64,000 bases of DNA, from NCBI GenBank assembly GCA_963754925.1, contig CAVWHX010000003.1, positions 512,001 through 576,000 of the forward strand, in the 5' to 3' direction. The DNA comes from an uncultured delta proteobacterium. GTDB lineage: Bacteria; Myxococcota; B64-G9. The notes beneath the pieces are model-generated. The model saw only the letters and a program-made list of their open reading frames with translations, was not told where the DNA came from and ran no database searches. Position numbers and translations under genes: made by a program. The first letter of the stretch is position 1; every line of letters starts with the position of its first letter. Of this stretch, positions 10,101 through 18,537 are shown piece by piece.

Positions 10101-10258
10101 GCCGAAAAACTCCACATTGATTACTTTATCAATAGCAGGTATGCCTCGGTTAGGCAAGCGACTAATCCTGTGCTCGCTCCGTTAGATCTTCTTCGCGTAC
10201 CATGCGTCATAAGCCTTAGGTTACTTTTACGTCTCATCTTCCAATAGGGAGGAACGCC

Positions 10259-11407
10259 ATGGTTTTCACAAGGAATGCTTTTCTGTTTGCAGCCATCGCT
10301 GGTGTTTGTTGTCTTTCACTGGGCGCCGGGGCCGAACAAAAGCCCGCAGATATAGAGGCGCGGCCAAAAATCGACGTCGTGTTTGCTTTAGACACCACCT
10401 CGAGCATGAGTGGTTTGATTCAAGGCGCAAAAACCAAGGTATGGTCGATAGTCAACCAGATCGCCTCGGGCAAACCCACCCCTGAGATCCGCGTGGGACT
10501 GGTCGCCTACCGCGACCGCGGTGACGACTACATTACTCAGGTTACCGATCTAACCTCAGACCTCGACGCCATGTACGCAACCCTCATGGGTTTTGCGGCC
10601 GAGGGAGGGGGCGACACGCCGGAGAGCGTCAATCAGGCGCTGGCGGATGCGGTCAACAAGGTTAGCTGGCGGCAGGGCGGCAAGGTGCTCCGAATCGTCT
10701 TTCTGGTGGGCGATGCGCCGCCGCACATGGATTATACAGACGACGTGAAATATCCCGAGACCTGCCGACAGGCTAAGAAAAAAGGCATCATCATCAACAC
10801 CGTCCGCTGCGGCAGCGATAGTCAGACTGAAGCTGAATGGCAGAAGATCGCCCACCTGGCCGAGGGCAGCTACCTGTCGATTGCTCAGTCGGGCGGGGTG
10901 GCCGAGGTACGCACTCCCTACGACGAGGAAATTGCTAAAGTCGACCGCGATATGCGCGATACCGTGGTCTTCTACGTCCGCGGTGAGGAGCGCAAGAGGG
11001 CCGTCGGAGCCATGAAAATGGCCGAAAGCACCATGGCCGCCGCACCGGCCGAAGCCAGGGCCGAGCGCGCCGCTTATGCCGCGAAGGCGGGCTCCGGTCC
11101 GGCCGGAGTGTATGCCCGTAGCGATCTCGTGAAAGCCGTTGAAGACAAGTCCGTGTCAGTCGACAAACTCGGCAACGCCGATCTGCCCGACGAGATCAAG
11201 AACATGCCCAAGGCCGAACGCGAAACCTTCCTCATAAAAAAGGCCGAACAGCGACATGCGTTGGAAAAAAAGCTCGCCGAGCTCAACCAGTATCGCAGCG
11301 CCTTCATCGCCGACACAATGAAGAGAGCCAATAACAAGGACGGTTTCGACAACAACGTAATCGAACTCGTGCGCGAGAAGGCCAAAAAAATAGGCGTCAG
11401 TTATTGA
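10259..11407 (+). CDS. Secreted von Willebrand factor A domain protein
   Basis: Signal peptide; DVVFALDTTSSMS MIDAS, GGGDTPE, VGDAPPH; GGAGG RBS. Confidence 0.85.
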   Translation: MVFTRNAFLFAAIAGVCCLSLGAGAEQKPADIEARPKIDVVFALDTTSSMSGLIQGAKTKVWSIVNQIASGKPTPEIRVGLVAYRDRGDDYITQVTDLTSDLDAMYATLMGFAAEGGGDTPESVNQALADAVNKVSWRQGGKVLRIVFLVGDAPPHMDYTDDVKYPETCRQAKKKGIIINTVRCGSDSQTEAEWQKIAHLAEGSYLSIAQSGGVAEVRTPYDEEIAKVDRDMRDTVVFYVRGEERKRAVGAMKMAESTMAAAPAEARAERAAYAAKAGSGPAGVYARSDLVKAVEDKSVSVDKLGNADLPDEIKNMPKAERETFLIKKAEQRHALEKKLAELNQYRSAFIADTMKRANNKDGFDNNVIELVREKAKKIGVSY

Positions 11408-11450
11408 CAACGCAACGACAATGTTAGAAGAAGGTTGCCAGGAAGTATGT

Positions 11451-12413
11451 ATGATAATCAGTGCAAGCCGCCGCACCGACATTCCCGCGTGTTACCCTAT
11501 TTGGTTTATGAATCGGCTACGAGCCGGCTACTGTATGGTGCGCAATCCCTTCAACCCCCGGCAAATACGGCGCGTGTCGCTCCTGCGTCAGGATGTGGAT
11601 GCGATTGTTTTCTGGACCAAAAACATACGACCTTTTTCGCCGTCTCTTACTGAGGTTACTTCAATCGGCCATCGGTTTATGGTGCAGTTTACCCTCAACC
11701 CCTACCCTTCAATTCTCGAGCCCGCTCTTCCGCCACTCGACCATCGGATCGCAGACTTCAAAGCATTGAGTCAACTAATCGGTAAAAGCAGGGTCATCTG
11801 GCGCTATGATCCGATCATTATCTCGAACCAAACACCTTTTTCATTCCATCGCCAGGCGTTCTTGGCACTCGCTGAGCAGCTTTCGGGAGTTACCGAGCGC
11901 GTGGTCGTAAGCCTGGTTCAACTCTATCGCAAGACTCTGCGCGGATTGATGGAGCTCGGCGCGCGGGGTTTGACCCCTAAAGGGATAAGAGACCGTAAGC
12001 CTCTCTTCGTTCGGCAACGGTCTCTAATCTTTGAACAGCATGCGGCTGATTCGGCTGAGATGAACGAACTGCTATATTTTCTATCAAAGACCGCTGGCAG
12101 CCACGGCCTCGAGATTGTATCCTGCGCATCCGAGCGCGATCTCAGCGCGCTTCGGATTTCGCCGGGACGATGTATTGACGGCGAGCTATTCACTTCATTG
12201 TGGGGGCTTCACGGCCCCTGGAAGAAAGATCCCGGCCAACGTCCAGCCTGCGGCTGCACGGTCAGTGTCGATATCGGCGCTACGAACACCTGCCAAAACG
12301 GCTGCCCCTACTGCTACGCAACCACAAACCACGAACAAGCCCGCATTCAATTCCTACAACACGATCCAGATGCCGAAATTTTGGATTTCTCGTCGCGCTG
12401 CTCCTCGAAATGA
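11451..12413 (+). CDS. DUF1848 family protein (radical-SAM-like), with 18-aa in-frame repeat insertion
   Basis: IISASRRTDIPA, IVFWTKN, WRYDPI, C-terminal CxxGCxYCYA. Confidence 0.85.
   Translation: MIISASRRTDIPACYPIWFMNRLRAGYCMVRNPFNPRQIRRVSLLRQDVDAIVFWTKNIRPFSPSLTEVTSIGHRFMVQFTLNPYPSILEPALPPLDHRIADFKALSQLIGKSRVIWRYDPIIISNQTPFSFHRQAFLALAEQLSGVTERVVVSLVQLYRKTLRGLMELGARGLTPKGIRDRKPLFVRQRSLIFEQHAADSAEMNELLYFLSKTAGSHGLEIVSCASERDLSALRISPGRCIDGELFTSLWGLHGPWKKDPGQRPACGCTVSVDIGATNTCQNGCPYCYATTNHEQARIQFLQHDPDAEILDFSSRCSSK
11974..12027 (+). repeat. Short hairpin element (family A) inside DUF1848 CDS
   Basis: CCCCTAAAGGGATAAGAGACCGTAAGCCTCTCTTCGTTCGGCAACGGTCTCTAA, 54 bp, frame-preserving. Confidence 0.8.
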
Positions 12414-12449
12414 CATAACAGTTGTCATTTCGACTGAAGGGAGAAATCC
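12383..12449. repeat. REP-like inverted repeat between convergent genes
   Basis: GGATTTCTC...TCGAAATGACA / TGTCATTTCGA...GAGAAATCC; supplies the DUF1848 stop codon. Confidence 0.7.
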
Positions 12450-12456
12450 TTTTAGC

Positions 12457-12780
12457 TCATACCTTAATCTTGCAGACACCGAACCCCGCCCACTCGCTTA
12501 TTGGTGTTGTCGAGGTAAGGACAAACCCTTCTCCAGCCGTATCTGCGACATATGAAATCGTTATATCACCCACGTCCTCTTCGGTCTCGCGGCTGATGAC
12601 AAAGGTCAAACCATCTAATTCGTAGGTCTGATCGTCTTCGCGAACACTGTCCACGCTAAGCCCAAGTACGGCGTCGCAGCAGCCGCTGGACTGCAGTTCA
12701 ATCCGCAGCGGTTTCTGCAACCCCTTCTCGGAGAGAAACGACCTGATGGCACGACCCGCACCTGGCCCTAACGTGACCAT
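12457..12780 (-). CDS. IscA/HesB-family Fe-S assembly-like protein
   Basis: 107 aa; LRIELQSSGCC...LGLSVD...DGLTFVI pattern. Confidence 0.7.
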   Translation of the reverse strand: MVTLGPGAGRAIRSFLSEKGLQKPLRIELQSSGCCDAVLGLSVDSVREDDQTYELDGLTFVISRETEEDVGDITISYVADTAGEGFVLTSTTPISEWAGFGVCKIKV

Positions 12781-12802
12781 ACGAACAACCCACTCCGTTG
12801 TC

Positions 12803-13390
12803 CTATCGCATCATCGGCATAATGCCTAACCCAAAGATGTTGAAAAAGATCGCTGAAAGGACGGCGCTGATAATTGCATAAACAATGATCAAAACAACGA
12901 TGCTTACCACCAGATAGACCACCACCTTGTCCTGCGGCGTTTTCATCATCAAAGGAAGTCCAAGGTATAAGAGGTAAAGGCCGTATAGGCTGGCGAGCAC
13001 CACCAGTATGCCGAGAACCGGAACGATGTATAGAACGCCCGCCACCCATGCCGGGGTGAAGGAATAGGCAACCAATTGGACAGCCCGTCCCAGATTCTTC
13101 TCCGAACCAAAATTCGGCGCGAGGAGATCAACAACAAAAGCCGTTAGGTACACACCGACGAACGCGAGGACAAGCTGTATTACCGCCGTTGTAAGCCCCA
13201 GGCCGACCGATCGGAAACCCGACCTGCCGATCACGATGTAGCCAATGAGACTGGCGAACGCGGAAATGAGCGCCAGCGGAAGGACGTAGCCGGTAAATAT
13301 TTGTTTTATATCAGGTTGTTCTCCTGCAATGACCTGCCATTCGTTTTTCGGGGTAAGGATAATGTTCTTTGCCCTATCAACGATATTCAT
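12803..13390 (-). CDS. Yip1-family membrane protein
   Basis: MNIVDRAKNIILTPKNEW, LAPNFG, AYSFTPAW, YLLYLGLP; about five TM segments; GGAGG RBS. Confidence 0.85.
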   Translation of the reverse strand: MNIVDRAKNIILTPKNEWQVIAGEQPDIKQIFTGYVLPLALISAFASLIGYIVIGRSGFRSVGLGLTTAVIQLVLAFVGVYLTAFVVDLLAPNFGSEKNLGRAVQLVAYSFTPAWVAGVLYIVPVLGILVVLASLYGLYLLYLGLPLMMKTPQDKVVVYLVVSIVVLIIVYAIISAVLSAIFFNIFGLGIMPMMR

Positions 13391-13637
13391 GGCGCCTCCC
13401 AAAGAAAAAGTTGAACAACACAGCAAAAACCCGAATAACTGTGTATGCCCTTTATGCGAATTTGCATACCATGTGGCTTTTTGCTCAAAATGTCAAATGG
13501 TCGTTTCGGAACCGGGGAATACTTTGTTCAAGAACTTTTTGTTTTGAAAGAAATGACGTTCGGTATTAAGCTTGCGTCGATTAATGTTGAATGGCCCACA
13601 TGCTTCCTTAGAAACCCAAAGGAGTCGCCAAAACAAA

Positions 13638-14537
13638 ATGTTGAATGCAATCCGATACGCCATTGTCAGACTTCTCATCCGATTCTTCTGTCGGCAGGCA
13701 AAGGCCAAAAATTATTTGGCCATAAGAAAATGGGAAGAAAATATTCTGAAAAAATATCTTCCAATTCCCAAAAAATGCATCATCACCCCTGTAGATGTAG
13801 CCGGCATACCTGCTGAATGGGTCAGCTGGCAGGGCGTAGATGCGCGAAGAACAATCCTCTACCTCCACGGCGGCGGTTATGTGTTGGAATCTCCGATAAC
13901 GCACCGATCCCTCGTGTGCCGATTTGTTCGCGCCTCCGACGCACGGGCTCTGGTTATTGATTACCGTCGCGCCCCAGAACATCCGTATCCGGCGGCGGTC
14001 GAGGACGCTTTGACTACCTATCGGTGGCTTCTGGATAGCGGCATTGAACCTTCCCACATTGTCGTCATGGGTGATTCCGCCGGCGGTGGGCTGACCCTTG
14101 TTCTTCTCCAGAACTTGCGGGATCGCAAGATTCCCCTCCCGGCCTGCGCCGTGTGCCTATCACCCTGGACAGACCTCAGCTGTTCCGGGGATACCATGAA
14201 GAAAAACCTACGCAAAGACCCGGTATTATACGCTCCGATCATTCCTGATTTCGCCCGCATGTATGTACCGGAGGGCGACCTTGCCCAACCGTCTGTGTCG
14301 CCCCTTTTCGGCGATTTCTCGAACCTGCCTCCTATATTGATACATGTGGGAACGGACGAAATATTTCTCGACGATTCCCGCCGAGTGGCAGAAAAGATCT
14401 CGAAAACCAACACCCCAGTGGAACTCAAGATATGGCCGCGCATGATTCACGTGTTCCAATTCCTTGCGCCGATACACCCTAAGGCCCGAGAATCAATACA
14501 AGAAATAGGAAACTTTTTAAAAAAACAGATACCCTAA
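13638..14537 (+). CDS. Alpha/beta hydrolase, HSL/Aes-type esterase
   Basis: HGGGY oxyanion motif, DYRRAPEHPYPAA, GDSAGG, MIHVFQ. Confidence 0.9.
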   Translation: MLNAIRYAIVRLLIRFFCRQAKAKNYLAIRKWEENILKKYLPIPKKCIITPVDVAGIPAEWVSWQGVDARRTILYLHGGGYVLESPITHRSLVCRFVRASDARALVIDYRRAPEHPYPAAVEDALTTYRWLLDSGIEPSHIVVMGDSAGGGLTLVLLQNLRDRKIPLPACAVCLSPWTDLSCSGDTMKKNLRKDPVLYAPIIPDFARMYVPEGDLAQPSVSPLFGDFSNLPPILIHVGTDEIFLDDSRRVAEKISKTNTPVELKIWPRMIHVFQFLAPIHPKARESIQEIGNFLKKQIP

Positions 14538-14567
14538 GAATGCCGGATGTGTCCTCTGTGGAAATGC

Positions 14568-14576
14568 TGTGGATAA
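14568..14576. promoter_or_regulatory. Consensus DnaA box
   Basis: TGTGGATAA (reverse complement TTATCCACA), with a degenerate TGTGGAAAT 11 bp upstream. Confidence 0.35.
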
Positions 14577-14679
14577 CTTCTATTTTATATCCGCTTGAGT
14601 AGTGCTGCCATGACCCTATCGTATTGAATTGTCTACCGTTCACAGACCGTCTTTCAGTAGTGCCATAATTTGCCACAAA

Positions 14680-14688
14680 TGTTATAAT
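14680..14688 (+). promoter_or_regulatory. Extended -10 sigma70 promoter
   Basis: TGTTATAAT = TGnTATAAT; GTGCCA lies 17 bp upstream of TATAAT. Confidence 0.6.
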
Positions 14689-14720
14689 TACTCTACTCGT
14701 TCCGAGAAAGAATTTTTTGG

Positions 14721-14901
14721 AAGGAGGCGATCGTCCGCATGACCTCACGGATTAAGGTTTGGCTTGCTGTGCTGCCGACTCACCGCCGGGTGTGACGTGG
14801 CTGCGCCTGGGCGGCAACCGCTGGACCGCGTATAACTGGGAGACAAACTACTCCAATGCGGGAAGCGATTGGGGCCCGTAAGTAATCACCCCATCGCCCC
14901 C
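14721..14901 (+). ncRNA. Candidate structured small RNA containing an 18-codon ORF (14739-14795)
   Basis: GC-rich island in AT-rich intergenic DNA; ends GGAGGCGAT/ATCGCCCCC complementary; internal hairpins; AAGGAGG before ATG of MTSRIKVWLAVLPTHRRV. Confidence 0.4.
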
Positions 14902-14993
14902 TATCAAAAAATCATGTTATTTCTATAGTGTAAGGCGTTTTTACTTGACACAAAACCCGGCGGATAATAAGAGCGAGATACTTATCACGGCCG

Positions 14994-16187
14994 ATGGATG
15001 GCCACTGTAGAAGGGTAATTAACCGGGTGGCAGGTAATACGTTCATAGCCGATATCCACGACCGCGACCGGGTCTTTGGTGTATTCTTAGCCCAGCAAAA
15101 ACAGACGCCCCTCAACAAAAACGGTAAACCCTACCTGGCATTAGTCTTGATGGATTGCACCGGCACGATCGAGGCGCGCATCTGGGACAACGTCGAACAA
15201 TATGCAAGCCAATTCAGTGCTGGTGATTTCATCGAGCTGCAGGGCACGGCCCTGGCATATCAGGGGCGCATTCAATTGCGCGTTGAAAAAATTCACCGCG
15301 TCAGCCCGGAGAGTGTTGATCCCGAGGATTTTTTACCGTCCTCGTCGCGCAGTCGCACCGAGATGCTCAACCGTGTCCGCGCGCTGCTTGAAAGCTTGTC
15401 CAACCAGGACCTGCGAGCGCTGCTCCTTATGCACCTGGACAATCCGGCATTTCAAGAAAGCTTTGTTCTGAGCCCGGCCGCGAAGACCATCCACCATGCG
15501 TACCTTGGTGGATTGCTTGAGCATACCCTTATGGTGATGGAGCTCGCCGACCGGATATGCCAACTCTATCCGGTGCTCGATCGCGACCTCCTTGTCGCCG
15601 GCGCCCTGTTGCATGATTTGGGCAAGACGCGCGAGTTGGAATACGAGCGCTCGTTTGATTACACCGACGAGGGTCGCCTGATCGGCCATCTCGTCGGTGG
15701 AGCTATGATGTTTAACAAATGGGCCGAAGAACAAGGACGCCTCCCCGAGGAACTGACGCTCAAGCTCACCCATATGATCCTGGCCCATCACGGCTCATAC
15801 GAATTCGGCTCGCCGAAGCGACCTAAATTTACCGAAGCCATGGTGCTCAACTACCTCGATGAGCTTGACTCCAAATTGCAGGCCATGGCCGCCATCAGCC
15901 AACGCGAGGCCGGCCAGCGCTGGACGAGCTACCAAAAGTTTTTCGACCGATATATTTTCCTCGGCACCCCAGCTGCGCCGAGCGGCAATGAGGAACGCCC
16001 CGAATCGGATTCCGCGGAATCCGCACCGCCGTCCTTATTAGAACCCCGACCGTCGTCCGCGGAGCCGTTGCAACAGTATCCGTTTGAGCCGTTCGTCCGC
16101 AAACAGAAGGAAAAAGAAGAGGGCGACGTCGGTCAAACCGGAGACCTCTTCGAACGCAAGCCGACTCCCGGGCGGGATGAACCATAA
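14994..16187 (+). CDS. yhaM: OB-fold + HD-domain 3'-5' exoribonuclease (YhaM/Cbf1 family)
   Basis: NGKPYLALVLMDCTG OB fold; PAAKTIHHAYLGGLLEHT, LLHDLGK, LAHHG, SPKRP. Start uncertain. Confidence 0.85.
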   Translation: MDGHCRRVINRVAGNTFIADIHDRDRVFGVFLAQQKQTPLNKNGKPYLALVLMDCTGTIEARIWDNVEQYASQFSAGDFIELQGTALAYQGRIQLRVEKIHRVSPESVDPEDFLPSSSRSRTEMLNRVRALLESLSNQDLRALLLMHLDNPAFQESFVLSPAAKTIHHAYLGGLLEHTLMVMELADRICQLYPVLDRDLLVAGALLHDLGKTRELEYERSFDYTDEGRLIGHLVGGAMMFNKWAEEQGRLPEELTLKLTHMILAHHGSYEFGSPKRPKFTEAMVLNYLDELDSKLQAMAAISQREAGQRWTSYQKFFDRYIFLGTPAAPSGNEERPESDSAESAPPSLLEPRPSSAEPLQQYPFEPFVRKQKEKEEGDVGQTGDLFERKPTPGRDEP

Positions 16188-16239
16188 TCTTAGGATAAGA
16201 AAAAATTTTACGTTGTTTTAGTCCGACAGGAGCGAGGTA

Positions 16240-16370
16240 TGGATTCCAGCCAAGCCCACAGGATAAGAGACTGTAACTCCCTTCGGTTGTAACATTCTCT
16301 AACCGCACGCCGCCTCCGCGGGAATGACGCATATTTTGTCGTCGTCATCCCCGCGAAAGCGGGGATCCAG
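16240..16370. repeat. REP-like pair (GGATTCC...CGCGGGAATGAC / GTCATCCCCGCGAAAGCGGGGATCC) interrupted by a family A element
   Basis: Inverted halves between convergent yhaM and tatD; left half split by about 63 bp containing family A copy. Confidence 0.65.
16255..16302 (+). repeat. Short hairpin element (family A)
   Basis: CCCACAGGATAAGAGACTGTAACTCCCTTCGGTTGTAACATTCTCTAA. Confidence 0.75.
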
Positions 16371-16385
16371 AATCATTGCTTTCAA

Positions 16386-17864
16386 TCAGCGTCTATCAAA
16401 ATATTCCCGCAACCGAAACTTAGCGCCTAGCGATTCAGCACGTTGTTTTGCCGCGGCAACATCCATCCCCGGCACCTGCACCACTGTTGCGGTAACTTCA
16501 GGCAGGAGGGCGGCCGAGCTTCGGATAAATTCGCAGACCGCCTCGAAGGCTTGCTCGCCGTACGATGACGGGCACAGCCGGGCGTAGGTGACCGCATCCG
16601 CGGCATTGAGACTGACGCTCATGGAGTCGACCAACCCCACCAACTCGGCCACGACGTCCCGACCGTGAACCAAGTTGGCAAGCCCGTCGGTATTGAGCCG
16701 CACCCGCAGACCGCGCTGTTTCAACCAACGCGCCACTTCCGTTACCAGGTCGACCCGCAGGAGCGGTTCACCAATGCCGCAAAAAACAACTTCGTCGGCC
16801 GGTTGGCATTGCAATGCTTTTTCGGTAGCCGCCATGACCTCTTGGGCGCTCGGCTCGCAACGCAGCGCCAGTGAGGCGCCCCCGAGTTCGTACCCCTGCC
16901 GCCTCAGACAAAAAGTGCATGAGAGGGTGCAGCGGTTGGTGATATTGAGGTAGAGCGCATCGCCGATACGGTAGGAGATCTGGCCCTGTTCGGATTGGAC
17001 CCGCCGATCGATGCCAAAGAGACGACGGGCGTTTTCGGTGGTGATGCTCGCGACTTCCGCAACGCTCAATCCCTTGATATCGGCCAACGCGCGGGCCACC
17101 TCGACAACATACGCCGGTTCATTGCGCTGCCCGCGATGCGGCACCGGCGCCAGGTAGGGGCTGTCGGTCTCAATCAACAAGCGTTCGAGCGGCAGGTGCG
17201 AAACCGCCTCGCGCAGGGCCGATGCGCCGCGAAACGTGATGATACCCGTGAGTCCCCAATAAAAACCGAGTTCATGCGCCACGTCGGCAAGAATCGGGTC
17301 GCCGCTGAAGCAATGGATCACGCCGCCGACCCGCTCGGCGTGCTCCTCGCGCAGGATGGCCGCTGTCTCCGCTTCCGCGTTCCGGGAGTGAATCACCAGA
17401 GGTAAGCGCTGGCCGAGCGCCAGTCGAATGAACGCTCGGAACAGCTCGCGCTGCATTTCGCGGGGGGAATGATCGTAGTGAAAATCGAGTCCGGTCTCCC
17501 CGATCGCCACCACCTTAGGATGCAGGGTGAGGTTGAAAAGCTGCCTGAAGAGATGGGTGCGGCGTTGGTCCCAGGCGAAGCGCACCGGGCCCTCTACATT
17601 CGCGCGCGGATTGCCAACGCATGGTATTCCCAAACGTGCGTCATGGGGATGCACGCCGATGGTGGCCCAGAGCCGTTGATCGCCCGCCGCAATCTGAATG
17701 GTCCGGCCTATCTCCTCCGCGGTGGTGCCCAGGCCGATGCAGACGATCTCGAGAACCCCCGCGTCGCGCGCCCGTTGCAAAACCATCCCCCGATCGGCAT
17801 CGAACGCCGGAAAATCAAGATGGGCGTGGCTATCGAGTAGTTCGGGAAGCATACCAGCTGTCAC
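16386..17864 (-). CDS. tatD: TatD DNase fused to TatD-associated radical SAM domain
   Basis: DSHAH, GVHPH, IGETGLD, IHSR, IHCF, ETDSP then YLNITNRCTLSCTFC (CxxxCxxC) and GIGEP. Confidence 0.9.
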   Translation of the reverse strand: MTAGMLPELLDSHAHLDFPAFDADRGMVLQRARDAGVLEIVCIGLGTTAEEIGRTIQIAAGDQRLWATIGVHPHDARLGIPCVGNPRANVEGPVRFAWDQRRTHLFRQLFNLTLHPKVVAIGETGLDFHYDHSPREMQRELFRAFIRLALGQRLPLVIHSRNAEAETAAILREEHAERVGGVIHCFSGDPILADVAHELGFYWGLTGIITFRGASALREAVSHLPLERLLIETDSPYLAPVPHRGQRNEPAYVVEVARALADIKGLSVAEVASITTENARRLFGIDRRVQSEQGQISYRIGDALYLNITNRCTLSCTFCLRRQGYELGGASLALRCEPSAQEVMAATEKALQCQPADEVVFCGIGEPLLRVDLVTEVARWLKQRGLRVRLNTDGLANLVHGRDVVAELVGLVDSMSVSLNAADAVTYARLCPSSYGEQAFEAVCEFIRSSAALLPEVTATVVQVPGMDVAAAKQRAESLGAKFRLREYFDRR

Positions 17865-18521
17865 TCATTCAGGCGGCGGATGATGTCGGCCGACGTCCGC
17901 GCGGCCTCGGCCAGTTGCTCATCCTGCGTGTCGGCCGCCACACGGTCAAGCAGCGCCAGGCTTCGCGGATCATTGAGCTGTTCGAGGCCGCGCACCGCGT
18001 CGAGGCGCTGAGCGTCATGCGGATCGGTCAAAATGGCTTCGAGAAGAGAGCGGGCATCTGGCTGCCTGAGCCTTCCCCACAGCTCGATGGCCATCCCGCG
18101 CTCATCGGGCCGGCACGACGAGAGACGCTCGCGGATGAAATTCAAGGCCGATGCTTCGTCGCTACGGACGAGGGCGGACCGCCGCCTGCAAGCGTTCGAT
18201 CGGGTGCAGGAAGCGCCGACTGAAAAAGCGTTTCAGCTCGGGCACGGCCTGGGGCGCAGCCAGCAGATACAGAGCCTCAAGCGCCATGAAGCAGAGCTCA
18301 CGAATAGCCAGCGCCCCGATCAACACCGGCAGGCCGCGGTCGTCGTCCCACTCAGCCAGCGCGCAGGCGACCTTAAAACGCACCACCCCGTCGGGATCGT
18401 TCAGCAAGGGGTACAGCGCTTCGATGTTGCGCGTGCCATCCGCTACCATGGCGTCCACCGCAGCCCCGCGCTCCAACGAATCGCGGCTATTAAGCCGGTC
18501 AATCAGTTGTTGGGTATCCAC
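17861..18521 (-). CDS. HEAT-repeat protein (apparent frameshift near 18178)
   Basis: LLNDPDGVVRFKVACALAE, RLDAVRGLEQL; removing one base joins the two ORFs (AASALVRSDEASALN). Confidence 0.7.
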
Positions 18522-18537
18522 TGGTTGCCCACTTGGG

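Noticed and set aside
12457..12780. HesB-like selenoprotein
   Set aside because: No in-frame TGA; the motif has Cys codons.
14880..14901. tmRNA or fluoride riboswitch start (minus strand GGGGGCGATGGGGT)
   Set aside because: Lacks the tmRNA TCGAC and T-arm/CCA features, and lacks the TTCGCC and downstream fluoride riboswitch motifs.
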